From positions 9,734,001-9,798,000 of the forward strand of contig OZ260661.1 in assembly GCA_965285935.1 (NCBI GenBank): DNA of 64,000 nucleotides, in the 5' to 3' direction. This stretch comes from Ophelia neglecta. Taxonomy: Eukaryota. The position numbers and the translations under genes were made by a program. The notes under the pieces are model-generated. The model searched no databases, was not told where the DNA came from, and was given only the letters and a program-made list of their open reading frames with translations. Shown here one piece after another: positions 26,226 through 39,065 of this stretch (its first letter is position 1; each line of letters starts with the position of its first letter).

Positions 26226-26520
26226 ATGAGAGCAAAGCAGCGATTCTTGAATCGCGGCTCGACTCAAAAATCAATCCTAACGGGCAGATTAAAACTGAGC
26301 CTATCGGTTATCAATCGGTAGATCAATTCTCTCTGAGTTCTCCGTATTGCGAGACTGATAAGCTACCTGATAGTGAAGAAAACCAAGGTGACCGTCAGTT
26401 TAAGTCTGAACCGGGTGAGGTCATTAAACAAGCTCTAATTGCTCCGGGTAATCGTCCCACTGACCTACAATTTTCTGTTGACGAGCGCCCAGCCCAGATT
26501 CTGATCTAGCTTTCAAGAAT

Positions 26521-28318
26521 ATGATGGCTGGTGTTAATGAAACTATTGGGCGACAAAATATCAGAAATCCTTCTCCCGTGGAGAGTGGTCAGAAGAGTAG
26601 CTTAGACACAGGGAGTATTGGATCACTCAGTAATGAGAGTGGTCAAACTCGTAGGTTAGGTGTAGCTAAGGAAGGATCAGTCAGTAATGAGAGTGATCCG
26701 AAGGATAGTACCAATGTAGTTAGAGATGAATCATTCGGTAAAGTGAATGATGAACATGTAGATAGTTTAGATAAATCTGATAGTGAGATTAAGGCTTCAG
26801 TTAGGATAGGTAATAGTGAAAGAGATTGCCCTAGAGTCACCGAGGCGAGTAGCTCAGGCACCAGCCAGGAGAATCCCGGCATTGAAGTAAGACAATTAAA
26901 TCAAACCGATGTAGACAATGTTGGATGGTCAATGATCGTCCCAATAAAACTGAATAAAGACATCGTGGTGGAAGCAGTGATTGATACAGCGGCTACCACA
27001 TTCCTGGTTAGCTATGAAGTAGCCAAGAAACTAGGGTTTGACTTTCCCCAAGACAAGAGAGTAAGGGTTAAGGGGGCTCAAAGCGGCAACCAAGGGATGG
27101 TGTCCTATATCTGGGAACGTTTCCCTTTTGCGCTGAATGACCAAAATTACCGCCTGTTTGTTTGTGTAGCACCAATATCAGATGACTTTCTGCTTGGCTA
27201 CGACTTTCTAGGAAGGTTTGAAGGCGTAGTAGATTGTCACAAAAAATTTGTTGACGGTGGGAGGTAATGAGGTAGTAGCGACGGCCGTTAAGAAAAAGGG
27301 GGGAGAGAAGACGGTTGTCAATCGTGTATCAATGGCCAGAAGGGTGGTCGTGCCCCCTTTAACTAAAAAGGTTATTCAGGTGTCGTGTAATCAGTTGAAC
27401 GGCAAACTGGTTAATGAAAAAACTCAGGTGATACATCCGATGATGCCTAGGTTGGATGTCCCCTACTCTCTGGTCAATTGTGAAAATAGAACATATGTGA
27501 CAGTGAGAAACCCGACAGATAAATTTGTCACCTTGAAAAAGGGCATGTTGATAGGCAATAGCGTTGGGGTTGAACAAGTCTTAGAAGGTCCCGAAGGGGA
27601 ACCAACTGGTGTGTCTAGTCCGTGTGCCCGTTCGGTCGATTTGGTTAACCAAGCAGCCAACGGTGGTGCCGAGCCAGTGGGTCTTAGCTCGGAAGTTGAA
27701 CAGCTACTAAGAAGCTTGAACTTTGAGTACACGAGTGTAGACCAATTGCATGGGTTGGTTAAAGGGTTACCAGGGCACATGCGGGGGTTATTCCTTCGTT
27801 CCTGTGAGCATCTAAACGATGAGCAATCCGAGAAACTCGCAAGTTTGCTTCATGAGTTTGTTGACTCATTTTCAGCTCAAGAGCTGGATTTGGGTAATTT
27901 CTCTGAAGTTAAACATACAATTCAAACTCATCCGGGGACACCGGTAAAGTCGATACTTAGACGGGTTCCGTTAGGGTTTGAGGAGGAGGAGCGCCGCCAG
28001 TTGGATGCCATGCTGGAAAAGGGGGTTATCCAACCGTCGCAGTCAGAATGGGCCACGGCACCAGTGATGGTTCGAAAGAAATGCGGGGCAATGCGTTACT
28101 GCATAGATTACCGTGGGTTAAACGAAGTAACGGTAAAAGATACTTATCCGCTGCCGTTAATTCACGAGTGTCTAGATACCCTGCAGGGAACCGAGTGGTT
28201 TAGCACACTAGACTTGTCCTCTGGCTATTGGCAGATAGAGGTGCATGAACCGGACCGACACAAAATGGCATTTATCACCAAATATTGGTGGTTTCTCTCT
28301 TTTGTATTTTGCAGATGA
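26521..28318 (+). pseudogene. Gypsy pol fragment: aspartic protease, linker and N-terminal RT (frameshift ~27250, truncated ~28287)
   Basis: EAVIDTAATT...LLGYDFL (retropepsin); GVIQPSQSEWATAPVMVRKK..RYCIDYRGLN..KDTYPLP..FSTLDLSSGYWQI..AFIT (Gypsy RT); no YxDD downstream. Confidence 0.9.
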
Positions 28319-29773
28319 ACTACCAGGTCGTGAGGGATGAGAAACTCCGGCTTCGGCCACAGATTGAGATGGCCTTCATAGAACTAAGACGGGTTCCATT
28401 TATAGGCAGAGGGGCGGACGCGAGACTATACGCCTTTCAGTATGAAGATGACATCCCAAGACAGGTGCAGGCCAGATGGGCAACCTCCTATAAGGCTATA
28501 GCGGTGGACAAGACTCCGGCAGCGGTGGTGGTTAGCCATGTGGTGGTCCGGGGCCCGGGCCAATGGCTGGTTTTAGTACCAACTACCCCAGAGAAATATC
28601 CGCCTCCGTTGTTGTTCAAGGAGGAGTGACGAGTGTTAGAGGGATCCAGGTTTTGGGTAAAACCGTTAGCTATAGAACAGCTAATAAGAACCAGCCAACT
28701 GACCAACGTCCCGGAGGATGCGGTGGCCCCAAGGGAGATGTGGCCGAAGGGGATGGAAGACGTCATGGGAGTAGTTGGAGCGAAAGCGGTTCCTCCCCAG
28801 GTTCCATACCTGCAGGGAGACAGCTGGCATTACAGTCCGGTGGAAACCAATAAATTCGTCTCCTTGTATGGATTCGGAGAAAGGATGGTCCCAGGGACAC
28901 AGTCGGCAGCACCGTGCATGGCGGCGGACTGGGGAACGGTGACCGCTGTGGAGCCGTGGCCTCCGCTGCCATCCTTTGGGCCAGTACGGTCGTTGGGACG
29001 TGGGCGCAGCAGAACCCGTGCGACTCCGTGGGCTACTATGGTGGCTCGCGGGTCGGAAAGCTGGAAGGCGGGGAGTCCGTATCCGGTGATCGAACCCGAG
29101 GTTGGGTCACCAAGGGGGGAGAGGCAGGTCGCGCAAGCGTCAGCTGTGTCGGGCCTTCGACCGATCGAATCGGAGATTCGGTCAGGGGGGGCTGATACAG
29201 CGTCGTCAGTCTCGGGTGAGTCGGGGTTGGGAGGTGACAGAGCGAAGCGGCACAGAGTACCCAAAAAATGTTGTGTGTGTGGCATGACCTCAAGGGCGAT
29301 GAAGTCGCACATAAACAAGTTCCACTTGCCCTGGTATTATGGTGGGGAGGGCAGGGAAAAACCCGAGGGGCGCCCCAAGGTCAGTGTGCAGGTGAGGGGT
29401 GGCATGATTTTAGATTTTTTAAGGGAGGCGGCTACCCAGTTGCAGACAGACTTGTGCAACCTACCGCAGATGGTAAGTTAGAGTCAGTGTCGGCAAGAGT
29501 ATGGGGGGGGGGGAGGTTGGCATTGGGGAGGCCGAGCTTGAGACGGTTAGGGGGGTGGCGGTAACCATGGGTGTGGAGATCCCCACTGCGGGGGATATCC
29601 GTCGAATGACAGCAGTGCCCCATGTGGGCCACTGGAGAGCTATGGCTATAATCATCTCGTGTGGAAAGGACACACTTGCGGCAAGGAAACGGGATGACGA
29701 ATCCGCCAAGACCCGCGCCCTGGACACGTCCTTCGGCAAAGAGGGCCAGCTTTGCGAGGTGCTCCCGGCCTAG
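28315..29773 (+). pseudogene. Additional Gypsy ORF (~485 codons; two stops and one poly-G frameshift) with C2H2-like motif, function unknown
   Basis: ORFs 28285-28629 and 28633-29481 are in the same frame and 29501-29773 continues after a G run. A strong acceptor tttctctcttttgtattttgcAG lies directly before ATG 28315. Contains CCVCGMTSRAMKSHINKFHLPWY. Confidence 0.65.
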
Positions 29774-30155
29774 TAAGGCCAGAAGCGGGATCGAATCCGA
29801 GATTCGGTCCCAGACATTTTAGTTAAGGCAAAATAATAAAAATGATGTAGTTAATGATTTAGTTAAGTAGGTTATGGATTGGTGGTGGAGCCCGACCGAA
29901 GTTAGCTCGAGTGCTTCACCCAATCGACAGCTAAGCTGTAGCCTAAAGGTTAGTTTTGGGCAGATAGGCCTTTGTCATAAAACTAGAAAGTAAAAATTTA
30001 GATAGTATAGTCTATAGAGTAGGGATAAAGGTTTTGACAAGTAACTGGTGTTTTTTGTGCTTGCCCGCGGTGCTTCCTGTGGTCGGGAACTTCCTATGAA
30101 ACCTGTTCGAATCTCGATTCGGGAGGGCAATCCAGTGGGGGGAGTTTCTGAACAC

Positions 30156-30423
30156 GGGGGGAGAGTGTTGTGGGGAGCACAACGCTCCTACGGGGATTCC
30201 TTGGTGGGCGACGTCATGGGCGCCAAAGCGAGGCCCCCGAGTATATAAGCAGCGCAGGTTGCGCTGGGGTTAGGACCTAGGCTTACTTTCTACACTGTTC
30301 TACACAGGATTCTCGACAACTCTGAAGATAGCTGATACAGACGGTTTTGACAACCCATTAATCACACGGAGGACTAATACAGGAATAGTGAGTACACTTT
30401 CCCATATTTACGGTTCCATAACA
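30156..30423 (+). repeat. Gypsy polypurine tract (30156-30165) and 3' LTR (30166-30423) with TATA box
   Basis: GGGGGGAGAG, then TG...CA with terminal inverted repeat TGTTGTGG/CCATAACA; TATATAA at 30242-30248. Confidence 0.88.
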
Positions 30424-31883
30424 CTATTATAATAAATAATCTTCTCGCATTAACTTGTTGATAAATTAAAAAATAATTGTAGCCTAGCTCGCTATAACCC
30501 GCAGTGTAAAATTCAGACGACACTGTGTAACTATACGAGTGCCTGTCAATTGCTGTTCGCTATTTTTGAGATATTCTAGTTACCAAGTGTTCTTGTGACT
30601 TTTTGTATCGGCACGAATGGTAAAAAACAATAAAAAAATCCATGTAAAATGATAACTAGTTTATTCCTGCACGTGTGCTACCAAAACTCCTCCGACCTCC
30701 TCTTGCATAAATTATGATAAAACAAAACATGGCTGGTAAACTTTCTAAAATACGAAACCGGAAACAGGTAAGTGGTAAATAAATCTATATGAAGTAGTAT
30801 TCCAACTAATGGATTTTCCTTCAGAACATTCTCCCCCCTTGATATAACTATATCAAAGACAGGTAAAATACGAAACACTATGTATACATCTGACATACCA
30901 GAGGCGAAAGGGTTAATAACCGAAAACGAAGTGATCCTTACATTATTTTATACCAGTAATGACAGAGTATTACACATACGAAAATTTATACTTATTATAT
31001 AAGCCTACGAATACTGCATGCCTATAAACGTAACTGACGAACTTCTGTGCACATCGAAAATTAACGAAACATTACCACTTACTGCTCATGATAATACATG
31101 AAAAAACTAAACGTACAAAACCTTATCTTAAAAAAAATCAGTTTGCTACAAAGTACTCAAAAAAATTCTGAACCCTTAATAAGATGTTAATTAATAGTCA
31201 TGAATACAGATAACGAAAAAGGCCATAAGATATACGAATAGGAAATATACGAAATAACGAATAAGGGCAGTGGAAGCCTTACTAAAACTCAATACCTAGA
31301 TAATGGTACCAAAACAATCTAAGCAAATAAGTCTACAAATTACCAACTTTGTTATTGTTACTTTAACAATCTGCATTATGACAACATATGTAAATACTAC
31401 CTACTGAAAATCACGATATACCTCAAATAACAAGAAACTTCTTAGACACAGGGAAGTTTCTTTTTGAATCGGAAAACATATTAAAACCACAAATAATATA
31501 TTTTTTACTCCAACCGTACTAGAAAATTACATGATAAATGAGACCCAAGTAAGCAAACCAATACATATCAGAAAACTTTACCACTGTTTAAGCACAACAG
31601 AGTAATCATTACAAAAGACTTATACACACACAAAAAAACACACAGTCAATGTATGTTCTACCACACACACATGTTCTAAATATCATGGTATCTATTAATG
31701 TTTTTTAAAAACACAAAAACTATAGTCAGGTCTTTAACCAAAATAACCTCTGCTTTGTATCATGATGCACCTTAAAAATTCTAAATTCAAAAATGTTCAC
31801 ATGGTATTAAATATAATATCAAGCAAGATATAACCAATTTGAGTTGTATCTCTCAATGGCAACTGATTTTTACCAGTTGAATT

Positions 31884-34800
31884 TTAATCATCGTTACATT
31901 CCAATGGGCAAACGCGTGTGATTGGTCGAAAATACTCCTGATTATTCACTTGGACCTTCACGACGCGGACATGTCCATCATGCCCTGGGATTGTCTCCTT
32001 GACTCTCCCGAGAGGCCAGCTACCCCGTGGGGTTTCAGGAGTAACCATGAGAACAACTTCTCCTGGTTGAATATCACGAGCGGGAAGGAACCACTTTTTT
32101 CTTCCGCTTAATGACGGCAGCCATTCCCTCATCCAACGCGACCATACGTGACGGACTAGTTCTTGTACCCTGCGCCATCTCCGACGGGGGTCGAAGGCAT
32201 TCGAATCCACTGACGGAGTGAAGACTCCCCCCATTTGACCATGGAGAAAATGGTTTGGTGTCAGTGGTAGGATGTCCTTAGGATTGGCTGATTGATAGGT
32301 GATTGCTCTAGAATTAATCAGACCTTCGGCTCCGGTGATAGCGCTCACAAGCTCTTCATCAGTGATATCGGCCGCATTTAATATGGCATAAATGGCTTTT
32401 TTGGCTGATTTAATCATTGATTCATGAATTCCCCCAAAATGGGGCGCGAGAGGGGGGTTAAAATGCCATTTAACCATCTGATGGGCAGTTTTTTCCTGGA
32501 TTTTACTTTTGTCCAACTTCCGGTAGGGTTCGAGAAGCTCCTTTTTTCCTCCGACCAGGTTACTGTCATTGTCGCACCAGACTTCACGAGGCAGTCCCCT
32601 ACGCGATACCATCCTATAGAATGCATTTAGAAACGCGTCCGTAGTGAGAGAGTACGCCATTTCCAAATGCACAGCGCGAGTCGACATACATGTGAATAAA
32701 CACAAATATCGTTTGGTCCGGGTTTTTCCACGCCCCTGAACTGTTAGAAAAGGACCACCGAAATCAAGCGAACAATATTCGAAGGCACGAAGTGTAGGCT
32801 TGGAGCGAACAGCAGGAAGTGGAGCCATGATTTGCGATGCGGCAGGACACTTCCATCTACGACACTGTGAACACGACATCTCATACTCTCGAATTGCTTC
32901 ACGAGCAGCGACTACCCAGTAATGGGCTGATAATGATGCCAATATTTGATTGGTTCCTGACATGTGACCACCTTGATCATGGTAGTGCTTGACGATGAGT
33001 GTCGTCACCCAGCTCCGACGCGGAAGGATAACCGGAAACTTCACATCATATGACAAGAACTCCGCATACTTCAGCCTGCTATCAGATCTCAAAAGCCCGT
33101 CGTCATCTATGCGAGGGCTGAGATTACAAATACGACTACTTTTAGGAATGTCCTTCTTGCTGCTGAGGGCTTTGATTTCAACTGGAAACGCCTCCCTCTG
33201 AGATTCGACGATAATCTGAGTTTTTGCATTCTCTATTTCTTCTGGCTGCAGTTCACCACAGGATCTCTCTGATTTGGGTGTGCAACAGTTATTGATAAAT
33301 CTGTTTACCCATGCCTGCACGCGAGTCAGTCTTAACCAACTGGAGAACCGGGTTGGTTTAAGACGCCACTCACTGCTACTCGAATCAGTTTCATATGTCA
33401 CCAACATATGATTTTGCGTGTGTTTCGAATAGGCAATGTTTTGTTTTGATCTTTTTATTTCATGTTGAGAGTTTATTTTCTTTTCTACAATGTTTTCTGG
33501 CCATTCTAACATAGGTTTTTCCAAGAATGAAGGTCCATGCCACCACTCTGATTTTTCGGCAACCTGTCCGGCTGGTAAACCTCTTGTTAGAAAGTCTGCA
33601 GGGCTTTGATCGGTGGGTACATGGCGCCATTTGCCCGGGGATGTGGCGTCCTGGATCTCGCCCACCCGATTGGCAACGAATGGTTTAAATTCTCTGCTGT
33701 GACCACGGATCCACCACAACACATTCGAATTGTCAACCCAGAATACTGCAGTGTCCAACTTTAGTTCAATAACTGATGACACGACTTTTGCCAAACGGAG
33801 ACCTAATACAGCGCCCATCAATTCGACACGAGGAATACTGATCGATTTCAGCGGAGCGACTCGAGCGCGAGCAGCGACGAATCGGCAATTAACAGATCCA
33901 TCCACATAAGCAGAGCTTAGGTAAGTTATAGCGCCGTACGCGCTTTCGGACTTGTCCACAAATGTGTGCAATTGTTTGTCCGAGATCTCCTTATTTTCAC
34001 GTAAACACCTCGGCACTCTGATCTCAGTCAAATCACTTAACTCATCGCACCACTCCCTGATTTTGTCACTCAGATCACTTTTTAGGGGTTCATCCCAATC
34101 CTGGCCTGCAATCCATGCCTCTTGTACCATCATTTTTGCCCTAATTACAAATGGTGATAGGAAACCGAGGGGGTCGAATAATCTGGCAATGATACTCAAC
34201 AGGGTTCGTTTGGTTGGGTTAAAAGGAGAGGGTGGCGGACTGACATGGAAAGTGAACACATCATCAGTTGCCTACCACAAGACACCCAGTGTCTTTACAC
34301 AAGGAAACCCTTATCTAAGTCCACCTCAGATGCTCTATCTTCAGGGTTTACTGCTTGCAACACAGTAGGCGAATTTGACAGCCATTTTCTTGGATACATC
34401 CCGGCTTCACCCCACAAGGCTTTCAACTGTCTAACCAGCTCAACACCCACGCCATCATTGTCAACAGAATCCATGCTATCAATCATATATGTACTCTTTT
34501 GTACAGTTTCTGCAGCAAGTGGGTAGATATCGGCATGTAGCTCGGCATTCTTCTGAGAAACATACTGAGCTACAAATGGCGATGCATTTACACCAAACAC
34601 AACTCTCTTGAACTCCAGGATGCTTGGTTCCTGCGAAATGTCTCCATACCGCCATAAGAATCGATGGTATGGTCTGTCGGCAATCTGCAGATACATCTGG
34701 GCAATATCACACATCACAGCCACTGAGTTTCTTCTAAAACGTAAAAGTACATCAAACAAGTCTCTTTGTAATTTTGGCCCTTGATGTATCATGTCATTAA

Positions 34801-37272
34801 GTGACACACCTTCGTGAGTAGCGGAAGCATCGAACACCACTGTCACTTTTGTGGTGGATTTATCTGGCTTAATGACTGGAAAATGCGGATGATACCATCC
34901 ACCTTTGTCTTTCTCATCTAATGATACTGCTCTGATGTAGTCCTTTGTAACATATTCAGATATCACATCATTGTAGGTCTTGATAAGCTGAGGATCCTTC
35001 AACAGCCTCTTTTCAGTGTTTTCTAGCCTCTTTAAGGCTGTTTCATAATTCAATGGTAAATCAGGCCAACCATTGCGCCATGGGATACCAACTGTATATC
35101 TGGATTCTTGGCGGGATATTGATTGTTCAATTTGGGCTATTGCATGTTTTTCATCAGTGTTCAAGATATGAGGGCCATCCTCAAGTCCTGACTGTTCAAT
35201 TTCCCAAAAGTTTCTAACACTTTGTTCTAAATCGCTTGTGTAGAAGGAAAAGAAAGACTGATTTTCCCTAGGTTCGGCTACCCGACCTACACAAGTCCAC
35301 CCCAATGGTGTTAAACGAGCTATGGGGTCACCTAGCTTCCCATGTCGTTCTTCCAGCGACTGGTGTAATTCTACACAATCAATTCCAATGAGTACATCAA
35401 CAATTTTTCTAGAGCCTACACCAGGGAACTCAATGTTCCGTAGGTGAGTGTAACCATCTTTGTACTGTTTCCAGTCCACCATTTGCATGTTCCCGGTAAC
35501 CCTGTCCGTCGTCAAGGCATCAACGGTTACTTGGGTTTTTCGATCGATACTTAAAATATCTATTCTGACTTCTGTGCTAGATATTTGTTTCCTGCCATTT
35601 AGTACATTAACCGTGATATGTTTTTCGATACCATTCAGATCTTACCCGTCTACAATATCGTTGTTTACATATGTGTGACTGCTGGCGTCATCCAGCAAAG
35701 CATTTACTGTTACTTCTCGACCCTTATTTTTCAAAATAATTGGCACTGTGCGAAAAGAAAGGATTCCATCGTGGTTAGTGTAGTTCGAAGTGTGGTGGGA
35801 CCGTTCCTCTCCATTGGGCACACGATTTGAAACTGGCCCAGCAGGGTTTCTTGGGTCAGGTGTAGCCGGGGCTTGGAAGTTTCTTGCAACAGGGGTGTGT
35901 GAATTGTGTAAGAGGCGATTATGGTTTGATCTGCAGTTGTCCACTCCGCAAATCCTACTTCTCTTACAAGAATCCCCCCGGTGGTTGGATCCCAAACAGC
36001 GAAAACATAATTTTAGTTCCTTTGCTTTGTCCCACCTCTTGTCTATATTCAGCTCCTTAAATTTGTCACAGAGCCATATAGGATGCAGCCCCTGGCAAAC
36101 CTGGCATTTTCTTTCAGGTTTTTTCTCTGGTAATGTCTGTGTCACAAATGCCCCCGAGTTGCCAATTTTTCTATGACTGTCTCTTTTGTTATCCGTTTTG
36201 GAACTGTCCATCACCCCTCGTATTGTCTCTGAAGCTACTGTCTAAAATTCTGACTCTAAAATGACCCACCTCCGTAATGTCTCCACTGATTCTACTTCTT
36301 TTTTTCATGAACCCATCTATTGTATTGTGTGAGCATTGGTTGATTCATCTTTTGTTGAAGTCTCGCATACAAGGTTCCTGCTGACAGCTCCTCGTGCCTT
36401 TGTGAATCTTTTAAATTAATAACCACTATGTTCAACAGATCTGCAAACTTCTCCAAATCTTTGTGATTATTTGTTCTGATAGTCTGGAATTGTTCTATCT
36501 CCTCTAAGTAAAGTGCTATCTGCCTCCGCTTGCCCCCATATTTTCTATCCAATCTCTCTTTTGCAGCCGTGTAAGCTGCAGCTGAATGTCCTAAACTTCG
36601 TATGACCTGGAGGGCGTGTCCTGATAAGTATTGCCTGAGTTGCAACAGTTTGTATTCTGGAGTGGCTGGTGCCGCCTCCACACAAGCAATAAAGGAACTT
36701 TTCCACTGTTCATATTGCCTTTTATCTCCAGAAAATACTGGAATTGACACTCTCTTTAATTGTCGCCACAAGTCCTGGCCGATGGCAGTTTCATTGTTTC
36801 ATTGTTGAGGGGCTTCTCTTGTGGTATTTACAGGTACATTGTCAATATCGGGGTCTATAAATTGTTCATCAAAATCTAGTCTATTTACCAGCGGATCTGA
36901 CCTTTGACCTCTATCTTCATGGCGGTTACTCGAGACGCGCCTGACGGGAGTTTTCGGCACCATGCCGGTACTGGCTGATGGTCCTGATGTCGGCAAATGC
37001 TTTCTGATAATAGATCTGGTGTAGTACGAATCGAGAAGTTTTTGTTCATGTTCAATGGACTGTTCTAACCTGTTTATTTCATAGGTGATGTCGTCCTCTA
37101 TTTCCCTAAATTCCGCGTGTACAGGCTGAGATTCATCTCTAGCTCTCCGTATGTTGATTCTCAATGGATAAGACCACGTTTGATCGCCATCCTTAGCTGC
37201 GGCTGCACCAGCAGCTCTCGATACTGCGCCATATCTATTCATGTCCTTATCCATGATGAACTTGTTAACCAA
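31884..37272 (-). pseudogene. BEL/Pao gag-pol polyprotein broken into at least five ORFs
   Basis: IPVFSGD..YEQWKSSF (gag), three Cys/His knuckles, ALLDDAS (protease), VVFDAS...FGVNASPF (RT), FDPLG..APLK..SIPRVEL (Pao RNase H region), HHCC + DFGGPF..HLE..GGIHES (integrase), WPLGRV..GHDGHVRVV C-terminus. Confidence 0.95.
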
Positions 37273-37327
37273 AATACATATATAATCCGGTCACGACAAT
37301 TGACCATATTTCACCAATACAACTACG

Positions 37328-37338
37328 CTCTGCTACCA
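37328..37338 (-). promoter_or_regulatory. Primer-binding site (initiator tRNA-Met)
   Basis: TGGTAGCAGAG on the minus strand, 3 nt inside the 5' LTR boundary. Confidence 0.85.
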
Positions 37339-38338
37339 AAATGTTCTTGTGACTTTTTGTATCGGCACGAATGGTAAAAAACAATAAAAAAATCCATGTA
37401 AAATGATAACTAGTTTATTCCTGCACGTGTGCTACCAAAACTCCTCCGACCTCCTCTTGCATAAATTATGATAAAACAAAACATGGCTGGTAAACTTTCT
37501 AAAATACGAAACCGGAAACAGGTAAGTGGTAAATAAATCTATATGAAGTAGTGTTCCAACTAATGGATTTTCCTTCAGAACACCTAGTAAGATACATGTT
37601 TTGACATTTCAGCCCATGCAGATGGTCAAAGGAATAGTTGGACATGCTCTCATATACCTCAGAAATCTGCATAAAAATGCTGCTATGGTCAATTGAAAAA
37701 TGGAGGTGGGATAGATTGCATAAAAATGTTGATGCAGGTCCAAATTATACCAATCTCCCCCCCCCCCCCCCCCCTCCGATTTGTAATACGATAGAAGGTC
37801 CTACTCACATGTATAATGATGGTGAAAGATGAAAGCACCTTACATTTGATGACACTTAAAACTAAATGTTTCCTTCATTCTTATGCTACGCACAAGCCAC
37901 TTAACAAGCACATTTAATGTAAATAAAGACTCAATTCGTATTTATCTATCAGTGTTTTTAGCTGAATACAACATTCAGACAGGTATTCAATCCAAATTCT
38001 AAAAGTATATACCTAAAATGTTGACAACCCAGATGGCATTTCTGAAGGTGACAAACGAATAATGATAGTGAAATAACCAACATATTAATTAACTAACGTA
38101 GTAAAACACAAAACAATGAAATGCAACGACCTGACAATGAGTAAATTTTTCACAATTGGCATTATTTGGTAAGTGAACTTTAAAAGTTAGCAGCCGAAGT
38201 TAGTAATGTAATTATGTTATCACACTACATTAGAAAACTGCCTCATTCAAGTTATTGTCAGTGCTGGAATTAAGTACATGACCTCTGGTCCCAGGCGTGA
38301 GTAAACAATTATGTATGGAAAAATGGCAATGACTGAAT

Positions 38339-38583
38339 GGCATACTGGAAAACCTGATACGAAATACGAAGGAAATACGAGATACACAGATACGAAAAAA
38401 ATAAGATAGAGTTGGGTTATGACAGGGTTAGGGGTAGGGTTAAGCTAGCAACCTAACTAAATCATAACTTACTTAACCCTTCACCCTAACCCTAACCTAG
38501 TCCATATGGCTACGTTTTAAACACCTCGTATCTCGTATCTGCGTCTCGTATCTGGTATTTCGTATCAGCTTTTCCAGTATGCC
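38339..38583. mobile_element. Mutator-like MITE, copy 2
   Basis: Same TIRs and body as 8519-8762; 10-bp TSD ATGACTGAAT (38329-38338, 38584-38593). Confidence 0.88.
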
Positions 38584-38867
38584 ATGACTGAATGGGCGAA
38601 TAAGCCATTCTCAAGAGTTGCACAACTATTTATTCACAAATATATTATTATAATTAACAATAGATGTCATATAAGAAAACATCTACAGTACTCACTCTTT
38701 TGATAAATAAATGGCAACAGAGCAGCTGATGAAATGTGGAATAAAAAGTATCTGGGCTAGTGAGTTTTTCTATTTTTATTATTGGGGCTGAAGCTTGTAA
38801 ACTTATTTCCAACACAATGGTAAATTGAGAATTTTATGAACTAATATAAAATTGTAGATAGGCCTAC

Positions 38868-39065
38868 CTTTCTCTGTACAGTTCAATGACCTTTTCATCC
38901 AGTTTCTTTTGGTGGAGGCTTAGGTATAATCTCAGCTGCCTGTCATCCATTTTTGGCAAAGTCATGCCACCATGAACATCTTTATAATGTTTGTAGGCCG
39001 GCGTTGTCAAAGAATATTCCGGTTCTGGCTCTGTGCCACCTTTGTGGGAATCATTAAACCCCAAC
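38868..39065 (-). pseudogene. Orphan exon, probably from a DNA-transposon accessory gene
   Basis: Bounded by aaccAG and GTAGGC; open frame LGFNDSHKGG...YKDVHGGMTLPKMDDRQLRLYLSLHQKKLDEKVIELYRER. Resemblance to the region preceding SWIM/YqaJ domains is from memory only. Confidence 0.4.

Larger units (their letters stand above)
23505..30423 (+). mobile_element. Gypsy/Ty3 LTR retrotransposon, internally deleted, with an additional 3' ORF
   Basis: Direct repeats 23505-23648 and 30270-30423, PBS, gag-like ORF, retropepsin, RT N-terminal half, PPT, and a 3' LTR TGTTGTGG...CCATAACA. RT C-terminus, RNase H and integrase are absent. Confidence 0.92.
30588..37582 (-). mobile_element. BEL/Pao LTR retrotransposon, full length, defective
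   Basis: 241-bp LTRs (30588-30828, 37342-37582) TGTTCT...AGAACA differing at one position by eye; 5-bp TSD CCAAG/CCTAG; PBS 37328-37338; PPT 30829-30841; gag-PR-RT-RH-IN order. Confidence 0.96.

Noticed and set aside
28488-29739. Many overlapping ORFs on both strands
   Set aside because: Expected in GC-rich sequence; only the frame starting at 28315 has a splice acceptor and a recognisable motif.
30898-30916. piggyBac-like end (CCAGAGGCGAAAGGG-TTAA) in the BEL 3' region
   Set aside because: No partner terminus found, and it does not match the 45993 end beyond AGGG-TTAA.
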